Shown: piece after piece, positions 54,032 through 63,804 of the stretch
Numbering within the stretch: position 1 is the stretch's first letter
Layout: the number at the start of each line of letters is the position of its first letter
Source: a virus
Lineage: Duplodnaviria > Caudoviricetes
Direction: 5' to 3' (one strand)
DNA: 64,000 nucleotides
IMG/VR virus record: IMGVR_UViG_3300021426_000073
Coordinates: 32,001-96,000 of that record
The notes under the pieces: model-generated
Seen by the model: the letters and a program-made list of their open reading frames with translations, nothing else
Told to the model about the DNA's origin: nothing
Database searches by the model: none
Made by a program: the position numbers and the translations under genes

Positions 54032-54664
54032 TTATAACCAACGTATTATTGGTTCACCTTCAAATCCTTTTTCCCAGACAAACCAACAATAACAAACTGC
54101 TGAACTTTCAGTGCCAAAAATACCATTCTTCCCACACATAACTCTTTCAGAAAATACATATACAACTTTAGGTGGATATTCTTCGAATAGAGGTCTTCTA
54201 GATTTACTTTCTAAGAATTGAATTTTTAATAACATAGCCACTTTAGTTCCTTTGTTTGATATATCCAAAGCGTGTTTAACAAAATCCTTTGCCATTGAAT
54301 ATGGTGAATTTGTAATGATGTCTCTATCATTATCTTTAGTAACTAAAAAATCTAATTCTTCAGTGTCAATATATCCTCTATCTACAATATCAGAACATCT
54401 AACATCGTATCCATATTCTTTTAATACCTCAGCCATGTCACCCCCACCGACTGAACATTCCCAAACATTGTGATTAAACTTCTCAACATCTAGCAATGCT
54501 CTAGTTGCTTTAGGTGGTGTGCAATAGTAGTCATTACTAGCTCTTTCACCTTTCGAATGACTACTTGCACCTAGTATGGCATAGCTTGAAATCTTATTAC
54601 CGTTCCAATCTTTATTTTCCGCTACTGCCAAAACCTTTATCTCCTCTCTCTGTGTTGCTATCAA
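54032..54664 (-). CDS. Orphan amino-DNA methyltransferase (motif IV NSPY)
   Basis: DYYCTP, WECSVGGG (motif I), DIITNSPY, YCWFVWEKG; true start probably near 54631. Confidence 0.75.
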   Translation of the reverse strand: MIATQREEIKVLAVAENKDWNGNKISSYAILGASSHSKGERASNDYYCTPPKATRALLDVEKFNHNVWECSVGGGDMAEVLKEYGYDVRCSDIVDRGYIDTEELDFLVTKDNDRDIITNSPYSMAKDFVKHALDISNKGTKVAMLLKIQFLESKSRRPLFEEYPPKVVYVFSERVMCGKNGIFGTESSAVCYCWFVWEKGFEGEPIIRWL

Positions 54665-55025
54665 TCTTATCTACAACCTCAACCATTTCATAAAGTACTG
54701 GCATAACAACTAATTGTGTAATTTTATCTCCAGCACTAACGTAATATTCATCACTTGAGTGGTTGTATAACTTAACCTTGATTGAACCTGTATAACCCTC
54801 GTCAATAAGTCCTGTAGATGTAATGCCATAATTGACATTTAATCCACTCTTGCTCATTAACACACCACAAGTTCCTTTAGGTAGTTCAACATGAACTCCA
54901 GTATCAAATACTGCTGAACCTTTAGGTGGTATCATTCCACCTTTAGCTGCTTTTAAATCAATTCCTGCATCTGTTCTATGTGCTCTTTCAATTTTGTGTG
55001 CTCCGTTATCGTATTTTACTTTCAT
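54612..55025 (-). CDS. dut: Trimeric dUTPase
   Basis: DAGIDL, KSGL, GLIDEGYTG, GDKITQL, RGDKGFGSSG motifs. Confidence 0.95.
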   Translation of the reverse strand: MKVKYDNGAHKIERAHRTDAGIDLKAAKGGMIPPKGSAVFDTGVHVELPKGTCGVLMSKSGLNVNYGITSTGLIDEGYTGSIKVKLYNHSSDEYYVSAGDKITQLVVMPVLYEMVEVVDKIDSNTERGDKGFGSSGK

Positions 55026-55484
55026 TTGTTATATCCTTTCTCGCAACGTGAATTGTGTCTAGTTGCTATTTTATATTTAAAGGTGATAAAATATTCACCT
55101 TTGTATCTAAACCATGTTTAAAGTGCTAAAGAATGTGTCCTAGCCCCATCTGCCTGTAGATTCTCTTAAGCCAGTTGTTTCTGAAGCTTCACTCATTGCA
55201 ACAATAATTGTTTCTAATGCCTCGTTAAATAATCTTTTAAGCTTGTATGTCACCTCATCTTCAAGTCCATATTCTCTGCTAGTATCTTCTAACGCCATTT
55301 GGTATGCCATTTCTGATGTTGTGAAAATATCCATCAGTTTAGTTAACCCAATATTAACCTTTGCGTTTTTAATATGCTTTTGCAATTCACTATCAAGCTT
55401 AATTAATTCTTCACTAGATAATTGATTTAAATCAGTTTCGTTGATTGCATTTACTAATTGTGTTAATTTCATTTTTAATCTCCT

Positions 55485-56315
55485 TTACATTCCTAATAAA
55501 TCTTTGTATTTATTAAACTTATCATTAAGTTTTACATATCTTCTGTCTTTGCACTTAACCTCGTATGGTATGCACATCTCCATAAGTCTTGAATAAATTC
55601 TTTGCTTGTCTATTGATTTAGGATGCTTTAAATCATCTCCAGTTAAATTTGTTGTAATTATCAAAGGCTTTCTGTTTCTGTATCTAGCATCGATAATTGA
55701 AAATACTAGCTCGTTCATGTACTCAGTATTTCTTTCAGTTGCCAAATCATCAATAACCACCAAGTCAAAGTTATTTAAGTTATCTAATACTTCTTGTTTG
55801 TTGTGAAAGTTATCAGATAGTGTATTGGTTAATCTAGCAAAGTTAGTAATTGTAGCACTAATGCCTTTATCAATTAAAGCATTAACTATGCAAGCAGATA
55901 TATAACTTTTACCACCACCAACAGATCCAAACAGTAATAAACCCTGACCATCTTTTTTTGCTTCATCAAAATGCTCAACATAATTTTTAGCTATATTTGT
56001 TAATTTTTCATTAGACTTATCATCGTTTTCAAATGTCCAGTCTTTCATTTCAGATTCAGCAAAGCCTACACTTCTCATATCTCTAATTCTTTTTTGCTCG
56101 TCTTTAATTCTAACTTCTTCATCGTATTTATCTCTTTCGATAGTTTTACATTTGCATAACATCATGACTTTTGTTGTCATACCACCAACAGTTATAACTC
56201 TCTGTTTAGGAGTATTGCATTTACCACAATACCAAATATCATCTTTGAGATAATCGCATTCTTCAACTTTTATGTTAGAATTATTAGCAATGTTATTCAT
56301 TAATCCTTCAACCAT
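55485..56315 (-). CDS. DnaC/IstB-like helicase loader ATPase
   Basis: GLLLFGSVGGGKS, VIDDL, IIDARY...IITTNL, RIYSRL; follows the replication initiator. Confidence 0.9.
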   Translation of the reverse strand: MVEGLMNNIANNSNIKVEECDYLKDDIWYCGKCNTPKQRVITVGGMTTKVMMLCKCKTIERDKYDEEVRIKDEQKRIRDMRSVGFAESEMKDWTFENDDKSNEKLTNIAKNYVEHFDEAKKDGQGLLLFGSVGGGKSYISACIVNALIDKGISATITNFARLTNTLSDNFHNKQEVLDNLNNFDLVVIDDLATERNTEYMNELVFSIIDARYRNRKPLIITTNLTGDDLKHPKSIDKQRIYSRLMEMCIPYEVKCKDRRYVKLNDKFNKYKDLLGM

Positions 56316-56326
56316 ATTTGAACTCC

Positions 56327-57127
56327 TTAAAAAATATTATCTAAAATTTTTGTATTAGCTTCATTGTATCCACTCCAATTACATTGAGTATTTGTTCTGT
56401 TTTTATCATTACGTTCCCAAGTTCTTACCGCTGCTTTCCAATCTTTCATTTTATTTTTTCCAATCATCCAATCTTTTGATTCATAGAAATCAATAAAGTA
56501 TTGTGCATCTATTCCATTATTTCTTTCATTGCAATAATTAATAACATCTTCAAGTTTAGGTGGAATAATATTTCTGATTTTCTTTTTAGATATATCTTTA
56601 GATATATCTTTTTCTTTTATATCTATATCTTTATCTATATCTATATTCTTATCTCTATACTCTATACTCTTATCTCTATACTCTGTCGGACAATTTGTCC
56701 CCTTTTTGTCCACTAGCATGTCTGCTTGATTGTCTTTCAACTTTTTTCTTAAGCGGTATTCTCTTTTTTTGATAGCATCTTTAGATGCTGATTCGCTACC
56801 TATCATCTCGTGATAATTAGACATTTTTAATAATCCGTCTTCTTGTTCATAAATTAAACCTAATTTTTTAAAAAGTTCTAATGCTACTATCACTGTATCA
56901 ATGTCAAAGTATTTTGAATCTCTTGCTATTTTTTTTGCATCATAGGGAATTATCATTTCTCCTATTTGAGTTGACATTAACCCACCATTGTTTGCTGTTT
57001 TTAAACAAAGCATTTGATATAAAACAATATATTCACAACCATTTTCTTGTGACATTAAAAAATCAATTGCTTCTTGATTAAAAAAATCAGTTTTTAATTT
57101 AATCCAGTAAAATTTTTTATTATCCAT
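56327..57127 (-). CDS. Phage replisome organiser / replication initiator
   Basis: FYWIKLKTDFF N-terminal domain; C-terminal FIDFYES..W.IGKNKMKDWKAAVRTWE. Confidence 0.9.
   Translation of the reverse strand: MDNKKFYWIKLKTDFFNQEAIDFLMSQENGCEYIVLYQMLCLKTANNGGLMSTQIGEMIIPYDAKKIARDSKYFDIDTVIVALELFKKLGLIYEQEDGLLKMSNYHEMIGSESASKDAIKKREYRLRKKLKDNQADMLVDKKGTNCPTEYRDKSIEYRDKNIDIDKDIDIKEKDISKDISKKKIRNIIPPKLEDVINYCNERNNGIDAQYFIDFYESKDWMIGKNKMKDWKAAVRTWERNDKNRTNTQCNWSGYNEANTKILDNIF
56586..56686. repeat. Iteron-like repeats inside the initiator gene (probable ori)
   Basis: TAGATATATCTT x2, TATCTATATC repeats, TCTTATCTCTATACTCT x2. Confidence 0.65.
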
Positions 57128-57147
57128 TAACCCCTATTTCCTTTCTG

Positions 57148-57447
57148 CTATTCTGTAATTCTTTTATAGACTGCTACTGTCTTACCTGTATACTGACATC
57201 TCTTTTTGCCAATAGGTTCAACAATTCTTTTGTTCATCAACTCGTGCAATCTAGGAGCTGATAGGTTCCTTTCAGCAGTAGGTGCATAACCTCTTCTGTT
57301 CATTTCTACTGCAATTTCTTTAGCTGTCATTTCTTTATCACCTAGGATAGATAAAATCTGTTGATATCTTTTTGTTTTATCAACACTTTTTTCAGCATCT
57401 GCTCTTGTTTCTAAAGTTACAACTTGTCCAGCTCTTGCGTATTCCAT
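57148..57447 (-). CDS. Winged-helix DNA-binding protein
   Basis: MTAKEIAVEM...APRLHEL...IGKKRCQYTGKTVAVY. Confidence 0.65.
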   Translation of the reverse strand: MEYARAGQVVTLETRADAEKSVDKTKRYQQILSILGDKEMTAKEIAVEMNRRGYAPTAERNLSAPRLHELMNKRIVEPIGKKRCQYTGKTVAVYKRITE

Positions 57448-57573
57448 TTAATATTACTCCTTTCGTCTTGCGTGAATTATGTCTAGTTCACATTCTTTGC
57501 CATCTAGAATTGATTTTTATTATCTAGATGAATATTTTATTGCTTGAATATTAAAAACGTCTTAAAACGAAAA

Positions 57574-57867
57574 TTATGAGGTCAAATACGAACGACCATA
57601 TCTTTGTCTAAAGTCATCTTCTGTTTTACTATAATATTCCATCCATCGTCTTTGAGCTAACTGTTTTAATTCTAAATCTAACTCATGTCCATTCTTACTA
57701 TGCACACCCATATTACCTTCATGATGTTCGTAACAAAGATAAACCGTTAATCCATCTTGGTCTGCAAGTTTTCTATTTGCAGTACCATGCATACAATGGT
57801 GAGAGTGTAGGTTGTATGTAGTTTCACACACATAACATTTCTTTTCTGTTTGGATTATACTTTTCAT
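57574..57867 (-). CDS. HNH-like/Zn-binding recombination-module nuclease
   Basis: CYVC...HSHH...LCYEHH...GVH motif. Confidence 0.65.
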   Translation of the reverse strand: MKSIIQTEKKCYVCETTYNLHSHHCMHGTANRKLADQDGLTVYLCYEHHEGNMGVHSKNGHELDLELKQLAQRRWMEYYSKTEDDFRQRYGRSYLTS

Positions 57868-58094
57868 ACTTATTCTCCGAACATATCGGCAGTATAAATA
57901 TAAGTACTATTATCTACATTCAAATGATAGCCTAAAAGTCCACTATCTTTAGGTGGCTTGCCATTAGCACTTGATCCGATAGAAAAGATTTCTATTACTT
58001 CTGCTTCTTCTCCAGAATGAGAAGCCATTGTTTCATTTACATATACACCATAATCATCGCCTACATTTAAGTTTTTTAATTTAATCTTCATAAG

Positions 58095-58595
58095 TTACTC
58101 CTTCCATGCTTGCTTGAGTCTCTCTATCTCAATCGGAGTTAGAGTTTCTATGTCTAATTGTTCTGCTTCTTGTACTATTCCGCTAATAAATATATTCATT
58201 TCAGAGGTTGTGTATTCTGAACTTCCTTTGAAAATTTTGTAGTGAGAAAACTCTTTACCATTAAGTACAGTTTCACCTACTTTTTCGTAGTATTTAAAAT
58301 AACCTTTTACATCTATTTCGGAAAGTACTGAAACCATTTCAGACTGTCCATAATGCTTAAGCATATCTAAATACACTTCTTCTTTGTCTAGTCTTAACAC
58401 ATCTGCAATTTTAGTTATTAAATTCCAAGCATAATTATTAGCATTTCTGCTACGCTTAGGCTTATATTCTTTAATTTCAAATTCTTTATCTTTATTGATT
58501 TCTAATTGACCAACAAGATATGTTATAAGTTTATTTGCTTTACCTACCATTAAGTTCCTTTCTTTCTTCATGACCATACCCACCGAAGTGGGCAT
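58095..58595 (-). CDS. NinB/Orf-like recombination protein
   Basis: KRSRNANNYAW...GSSEYTTSEM..FI..IVQEA motif. Confidence 0.7.
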   Translation of the reverse strand: MPTSVGMVMKKERNLMVGKANKLITYLVGQLEINKDKEFEIKEYKPKRSRNANNYAWNLITKIADVLRLDKEEVYLDMLKHYGQSEMVSVLSEIDVKGYFKYYEKVGETVLNGKEFSHYKIFKGSSEYTTSEMNIFISGIVQEAEQLDIETLTPIEIERLKQAWKE

Positions 58596-58630
58596 AGCCT
58601 AGAAGAACATTAAAAATGAATTACGTTACA

Positions 58631-59035
58631 TTAGAAAGGGAGTCCATCATCATTAACGACATCAGGAATGTCTAAGAAATTATTATCCTGAGTGTTCTGT
58701 GATGGAGCTGATGCTTCAGCATTACTATCCTTTGTACCACAGAAATTGATTTCGTTTACAATTACATCAGTTGTATACTGTGTAGTGCCATCGTCTTTTT
58801 TGTAAGAACCAGTCTGGATTCTACCGCTTACAAGTATTTCAGAACCTTTCTTAAAATACTTTTCGATAAGTTCAGCTGATTTGCCAAAAGAAACACAATT
58901 GATAAAGTCCGCCTCGTCTCTCTTAAAACGATTTACTGCAATTCTAAATCTTGCTACTACTTTCTGATCCTGAGTATATCTAACATCAGGGTCTGAACAT
59001 AATCTTCCTTGTAAAACTACTGAATTTAAACTCAT
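58631..59035 (-). CDS. ssb: Single-stranded DNA-binding protein
   Basis: LNSVVLQGRL, ADFINCV, GRIQTGSY, acidic tail ending DDGLPF. Confidence 0.95.
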   Translation of the reverse strand: MSLNSVVLQGRLCSDPDVRYTQDQKVVARFRIAVNRFKRDEADFINCVSFGKSAELIEKYFKKGSEILVSGRIQTGSYKKDDGTTQYTTDVIVNEINFCGTKDSNAEASAPSQNTQDNNFLDIPDVVNDDGLPF

Positions 59036-59056
59036 TTTTTAAATCTCCTTATTTAT

Positions 59057-59650
59057 TTATTTATTTTCAAAACACTCTTTTACGAAATCCCATACTAGAG
59101 GTTCGTTAATAGGAATGTCTACGAATCTACGTTTGTCATCTTTAAGATGAACTCCTTTTAAAAATTTCCATTCTACATCGTAGCATTGTCTGTATGCTAT
59201 TCTGTATAGGTTTAATTGGTATCCTAGATATTCTTTATCTAGTGTTGAAACACATTTAATATCTCCACCACCAATTTCATTATTCATTTGTAATACTAAA
59301 TCTAATCTTCCAGCTGCGATTGGCTTATCTTCCATGAATAGTATTACAGGAACTTCATTTTCTAATACTTCAAATCCGTATTGCTTTTGTAGAAACTTGA
59401 AGTTTTGAAGTTCTTTTAAATTGCTTTCTTTACCTTGAGTACAATACTCTTCAATAGCAAGATGGGTAGCAGTACCTCTTTCGCTTGCTTTCTTTAAAAC
59501 ATCTTTATTAACAAAATCATACTTATTACCAAACTTCTTTTTTAGTAATGTAGTTATGCTAGGAAGTATCTCTCCATCTACAAGATAGAGATGTTCATCA
59601 TCATAGTATTCAACAGTATGATTTTTTATTTTCCATACTTCAATTTCCAT
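59057..59650 (-). CDS. PD-(D/E)XK exonuclease
   Basis: LPSITT, RGTATH, AGRLDL...DIK, YQLNLY. Confidence 0.8.
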   Translation of the reverse strand: MEIEVWKIKNHTVEYYDDEHLYLVDGEILPSITTLLKKKFGNKYDFVNKDVLKKASERGTATHLAIEEYCTQGKESNLKELQNFKFLQKQYGFEVLENEVPVILFMEDKPIAAGRLDLVLQMNNEIGGGDIKCVSTLDKEYLGYQLNLYRIAYRQCYDVEWKFLKGVHLKDDKRRFVDIPINEPLVWDFVKECFENK

Positions 59651-60383
59651 ATTTCTCCTTTAACTTTCTTGATAAAATTTTACCGTTTAAAATTTCGTCA
59701 GCTATTCTATCACTATAATCAAGTATAAATTTATAAGGATTTAATTTGATTTCTCTATAAATATATTCTGGTATATCAATTACTATTTGCATTGCATATC
59801 CTCACTTTCTAACAGTTTAATACGTGCATAAATATCACAATATGTTTCATCGTAGTAATCATCTACTTTTTCAATGAACCAAGGCTTTCCCACTACTTCG
59901 TTGAAATAGTAACTCCAATTACCACCACCTATTCTGGAGTGGATATATAGTATATCTTCACGACCTACATACTTATTCCACATATCATATTGTGTTTTAA
60001 TACGTTTCTTATAGTTGTGAATAGCAAGTTTTAGTCTCTTTCTTTTCCATCCGTGTATTCTTTCCCATCTTACTCTTACAGGTTCATTATCTTTATATTC
60101 TATGAAAAATTGCTTAAGATACTCTGTGTAATTATTGTACGTCCAGTAATATGGTTTATTTGACCAAAATGGTACTGCTGTACATAACGCCTCAACGCAC
60201 TCTATATCAGCACCATCAAATAGGTCGGTATAATCAACCTCTTTTTCATCTTTCATAAGTCTGTACCCACGCAAACGTGGAACTTCTATGTCGTTAGCTT
60301 TTGCTATTCTTTCAATATCTTCTATCTGTGCATAGGCTCCTAAATCCATTTCTTTATTCCTCACTTTCTATCTTTATAACGAT

Positions 60384-60566
60384 TTAATATTCATACAATG
60401 AGATTACTTCTTCTACTACATAATCGTTTTCATCATATATCTCTTGTTCATAACAGCCTAATATTTCATCTTGTTCTGCTACTCCACATCTACCGTGCGA
60501 ATACAACATCACTCGTTGCTTTTCATCATACTTTTTCAATTCTTTAATAAGTTCTCCTACTGTCAT
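60384..60566 (-). CDS. 60-aa hypothetical protein, paralogue of 36865..37047
   Basis: Near-identical protein and DNA. Confidence 0.75.
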   Translation of the reverse strand: MTVGELIKELKKYDEKQRVMLYSHGRCGVAEQDEILGCYEQEIYDENDYVVEEVISLYEY

Positions 60567-60943
60567 TTAACCACTCCTTTTTCCAATATTTACACCTATA
60601 TCCGTGTAACTTTGGTTTATTCATATAATTTTCACTGTTGAATAACAACCGTTTACCCATTTTACATTTGTAGATATATTTTGTATTAAATGCAATTCTG
60701 CACCAAAAACAGTTGCTACAATTTTTCATTTAATCACTCTCCTTCTTCTACTGCCTCTATGTTTATTGTTATATTCAAATGATGATATTGTTTTTTTATC
60801 AACTCCTCAAATATAGCGTGTTCCACTAGCCTATGTATTTTAACAAAAAATTCGTCTTTTTCTGCCTCATTAGTAATCTTAAAATTTTCAAACTCTTTTG
60901 CCGTCATCTTAATCACTCTCCTTATTTGCTTCTATGATTCGTT

Positions 60944-61153
60944 TCATACTCTTGTATTCCAATATTCAATTGTTCTCTCCATCGCTTCATCAATATCAAC
61001 ATCTTTACATACATTCTTAAATCCTTTAAGTCCACAGTCAGCACACTGAATTTGTACACTATACAAAACATCTATTTTAGGAAATGGCATATAAATTCTT
61101 TTAGAACCGCACATAGGACACGGTTTTGCTATGTTCGTTAAATCTCTTGTCAT
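60944..61153 (-). CDS. Lar-like restriction alleviation protein
   Basis: KPCPMCGS...IQCADCG...IEYWNTR pattern. Confidence 0.65.
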   Translation of the reverse strand: MTRDLTNIAKPCPMCGSKRIYMPFPKIDVLYSVQIQCADCGLKGFKNVCKDVDIDEAMERTIEYWNTRV

Positions 61154-61425
61154 TCTTCAACCTCCTTGATTTCAAATCCTTGGTACATTGCATTTGATAA
61201 TGCGTTGACAAATTGTTCATCTTCTGCCTGTTCATAACCTAGATGTGCCAATATTCCGTGGAGCATTTCGTGTATTATAGTTTCTTTTTTGATTTCATCA
61301 TTCATATTTTTATTTATTTTGATTTCTGCTTTTGTATAATCAATTTGACCGCAATGCGTATCCATATCAAATCTATCTTCACACTCAATTACCTTATGTG
61401 AAATACCACAAATATTTACTATCAT
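61150..61425 (-). CDS. Small HExxH metallopeptidase-like protein
   Basis: GQIDY...I.IN...ETIIHEMLHGIL. Confidence 0.7.
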   Translation of the reverse strand: MIVNICGISHKVIECEDRFDMDTHCGQIDYTKAEIKINKNMNDEIKKETIIHEMLHGILAHLGYEQAEDEQFVNALSNAMYQGFEIKEVEE

Positions 61426-61968
61426 TCTTCTATCTCCTTTAAATGTTCTTCTATAATATCCAAAGCACTTTCTAAACCATCCTTAAAACCGCTTAAATAA
61501 ATATCACAAGCACTTTTATCATAACTTTCAGTATAGTTTTTTATAATACGTCTACTTGATATTTCTTTTTTTACTTCATTCCAAGCCTCAAGGCTTTTAA
61601 TTGCCATGTTGTAAGCTTCAACGTACTTTCCACAAGGTATAGAATATTTTTTTAATTCTTTTATCGCTTGTTCTACTGTCATTTATTTTTTTCTCCTTTT
61701 TTTAGTTAATTCACATTCAATATAGAAACATAACCACTCTAATGATGTAGTGATAATCCGATGATTATTATCCCATCTCTGTTCGTCATCTAGCCATGCT
61801 ACTTGATCTGGCACAACGCAGATTGTAGGGATTAAATACCAAGAACTTTTTTCTGCTCCGATAGCTATTTTAAACGCACCTATTTTTAAATATTTTCTCA
61901 TTCATTTTTCTCCTCAATATAATATGCAATCTCCATTATTTCTTGTCATCTTTGATTTTTTTGATATG

Positions 61969-62418
61969 TCATAATCCCAACATCTCCGCTTTAATTTTTG
62001 CGTATTTGTCTTGTGCTATTTTTTCTGCATGTTTATTATCTCTTGCAACAACGTAAAATACCCAAAATTTATATTTTTCTTTATTTTTATAATCAGAATA
62101 TTCTTCGCATTTATACTCACTATTTATGCAACTACGTTGCGTTTCTTTATTGTTAACTCTAACCTCATGCACTACGAATTGATTGCAATAATAATCGTTT
62201 TCATTTTCAGAATAATCTACTACATAGAATTTTTTACCAGCCGCAATTATATTTTTAATCTGTTCATCTAAATTATCGCAATTCAACTCTGTATCAAATA
62301 CTTCTATATAATCCGCATTGAAATGTTTTTTTAAAGTATTAGCATCTTTTAAACTCTCAGCAACTCCAACGATGTAATAATCGCTATATTCACCTTTTGT
62401 TACTACGTACACTTTCAT
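61969..62418 (-). CDS. Hypothetical protein (start corrected to MKVYVVTKGEYSDY)
   Basis: AGGAGG RBS before ATG 62418; the longer ORF-track start overlaps the tRNA-like RNA. Confidence 0.7.
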   Translation of the reverse strand: MKVYVVTKGEYSDYYIVGVAESLKDANTLKKHFNADYIEVFDTELNCDNLDEQIKNIIAAGKKFYVVDYSENENDYYCNQFVVHEVRVNNKETQRSCINSEYKCEEYSDYKNKEKYKFWVFYVVARDNKHAEKIAQDKYAKIKAEMLGL

Positions 62419-62458
62419 TTTATTCCTCCTATTTAATATAAAATACAAAATATAAAAT

Positions 62459-62583
62459 AACTGTGGGTGGGGATTCGAACCCCACAATCCTTTTACCAGA
62501 AGGTAAGCCGTCTCAAACCATATAGGGATGGTGGTTAACCAATTACATTAAACGTCCACGTTTACCAGTTCCGTCACCACAGT
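62459..62583 (-). ncRNA. tRNA-like RNA (Leu/Ser-type D and T arms) with enlarged, non-canonical anticodon domain
   Basis: Acceptor ACTGTGG/CCACAGT, D-arm ACG-GAACTGGTAAA-CGT, T-arm GTGGGG-TTCGAAT-CCCCAC; about 70 nt between D and T arms. Confidence 0.7.
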
Positions 62584-62589
62584 AATTGT

Positions 62590-62895
62590 TTATTTTACCT
62601 TTATTCTGATACTTGGTTTTACTGTCGACATTGATACATACTGATCATAAAGATTAGGATAATCTTCTTTTAATTTTTTGTTATCAAATTTCTCTTTATC
62701 AAATGAGTCAACATAACTAATTGCTAACTCTTCAGTTTCAATCTTTACTAGTCCTTTTGATTTCATTTCTTCAAGGATTGCAGCTTTAAGTTCATCTTCT
62801 TGTTTCTTTAATTCTTTTATTTGTGATTCAAAATCTGCAATCTGACATGATGTAACTTTGTTTAACTGACCATCTTGTGTAATTAAATTTTCCAT
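62590..62895 (-). CDS. Coiled-coil recombination-module protein
   Basis: FDNKKLKEDYPNLY.QY motif typical of exonuclease-associated phage proteins. Confidence 0.6.
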   Translation of the reverse strand: MENLITQDGQLNKVTSCQIADFESQIKELKKQEDELKAAILEEMKSKGLVKIETEELAISYVDSFDKEKFDNKKLKEDYPNLYDQYVSMSTVKPSIRIKVK

Positions 62896-63181
62896 ATTAT
62901 TCTCCTTTAATTATCTAAATATCTTACACCAAAACCACCTTTAACTTTTACGATACTATTAATATCTACAAGGTGATAAGCTCTATCTTCTTCATTGAAC
63001 ATCTGTAATTCTACAATTCGTTTTCCACTATCCATATCAAATGGGGTTAATTGTTTAGAAAATAGTTTCATCTTAACTAACAAAACTTTCCCGAACGCAA
63101 AATCCTGATTCTTATCTGTTTTAATTTTTTGTAATCTATCTACGAATATTCCGCTTCTTAATTTATTCATTATTTCTCCTT

Positions 63182-63217
63182 TTAAAGTAGGTGGACTAAC
63201 AATGAGTCAGCCCACCT
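63182..63217 (-). terminator. Rho-independent terminator after the SSAP gene
   Basis: Minus GGTGGGCTGAC-TCATT-GTTAGTCCACC followed by TACTTT. Confidence 0.65.
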
Positions 63218-63225
63218 TGATAGTA

Positions 63226-63804
63226 TTATTTCTTTAATTTACCGATTAACTCTGATGCTTTAGTCATAGGTAAATCCTGAATTTTTTCAATGTTGTTTGC
63301 CTTAAGTAACTTTGTTAGATTATCATCTTTGTATACTCCAAGAAGAATTTCAATCTGCTTTGGAGTTGCTTTTTTATCTGAGTCAATATTTTTTGAAACT
63401 TTATTTTCTACATTTTGATTAGCGATAGCGTTTACAACTTCTTCTGCTGAAGCTATAGAAGTATCAATTCCGAATCCAGCCATTCCTAATGCACGACCAA
63501 CTGCTGATGTTTCACAGTTTTCAATATAAGATGTTTTATTTATGAATGTTGAATTTTCTTTTTCATAAGCAGTTCCTGTGCCTAATACAATCTGATTGCC
63601 ATCATCATAATATCCTACTAATGACTTAAATATACACACTCCGTTATCATTGCTTGTCATTTCATTAAGGATAAACCCATTAGGATAAACCATTCTAAAT
63701 GCTTTAATTCTCTGATTAACTTCGGCGTAATCTTTTCCTTTAATGTCTGTAGTTTTAATTGTTTCATTTGCTTTTAAAATTTGCTCATAAGTAATTTCTT
63801 TCAT
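63226..63804 (-). CDS. Single-strand annealing protein (Rad52/Sak-like)
   Basis: KGKDYAEVNQRI, GTAYE, ENCETSAVGRAL...GFGI, C-terminal ATPKQI motif. Confidence 0.7.
   Translation of the reverse strand: MKEITYEQILKANETIKTTDIKGKDYAEVNQRIKAFRMVYPNGFILNEMTSNDNGVCIFKSLVGYYDDGNQIVLGTGTAYEKENSTFINKTSYIENCETSAVGRALGMAGFGIDTSIASAEEVVNAIANQNVENKVSKNIDSDKKATPKQIEILLGVYKDDNLTKLLKANNIEKIQDLPMTKASELIGKLKK

Noticed and set aside
820-62271. Numerous short antisense or alternate-frame ORFs in the track (e.g. 820..1047, 7620..7805, 47015..47362)
   Set aside because: Shadows of longer genes on the coding strand; no RBS or motif support.
62419-62487. N-terminal extension MWGSNPHPQ... of ORF 61969..62487
   Set aside because: It is the T-arm of the tRNA-like RNA read as codons; the RBS supports ATG 62418.
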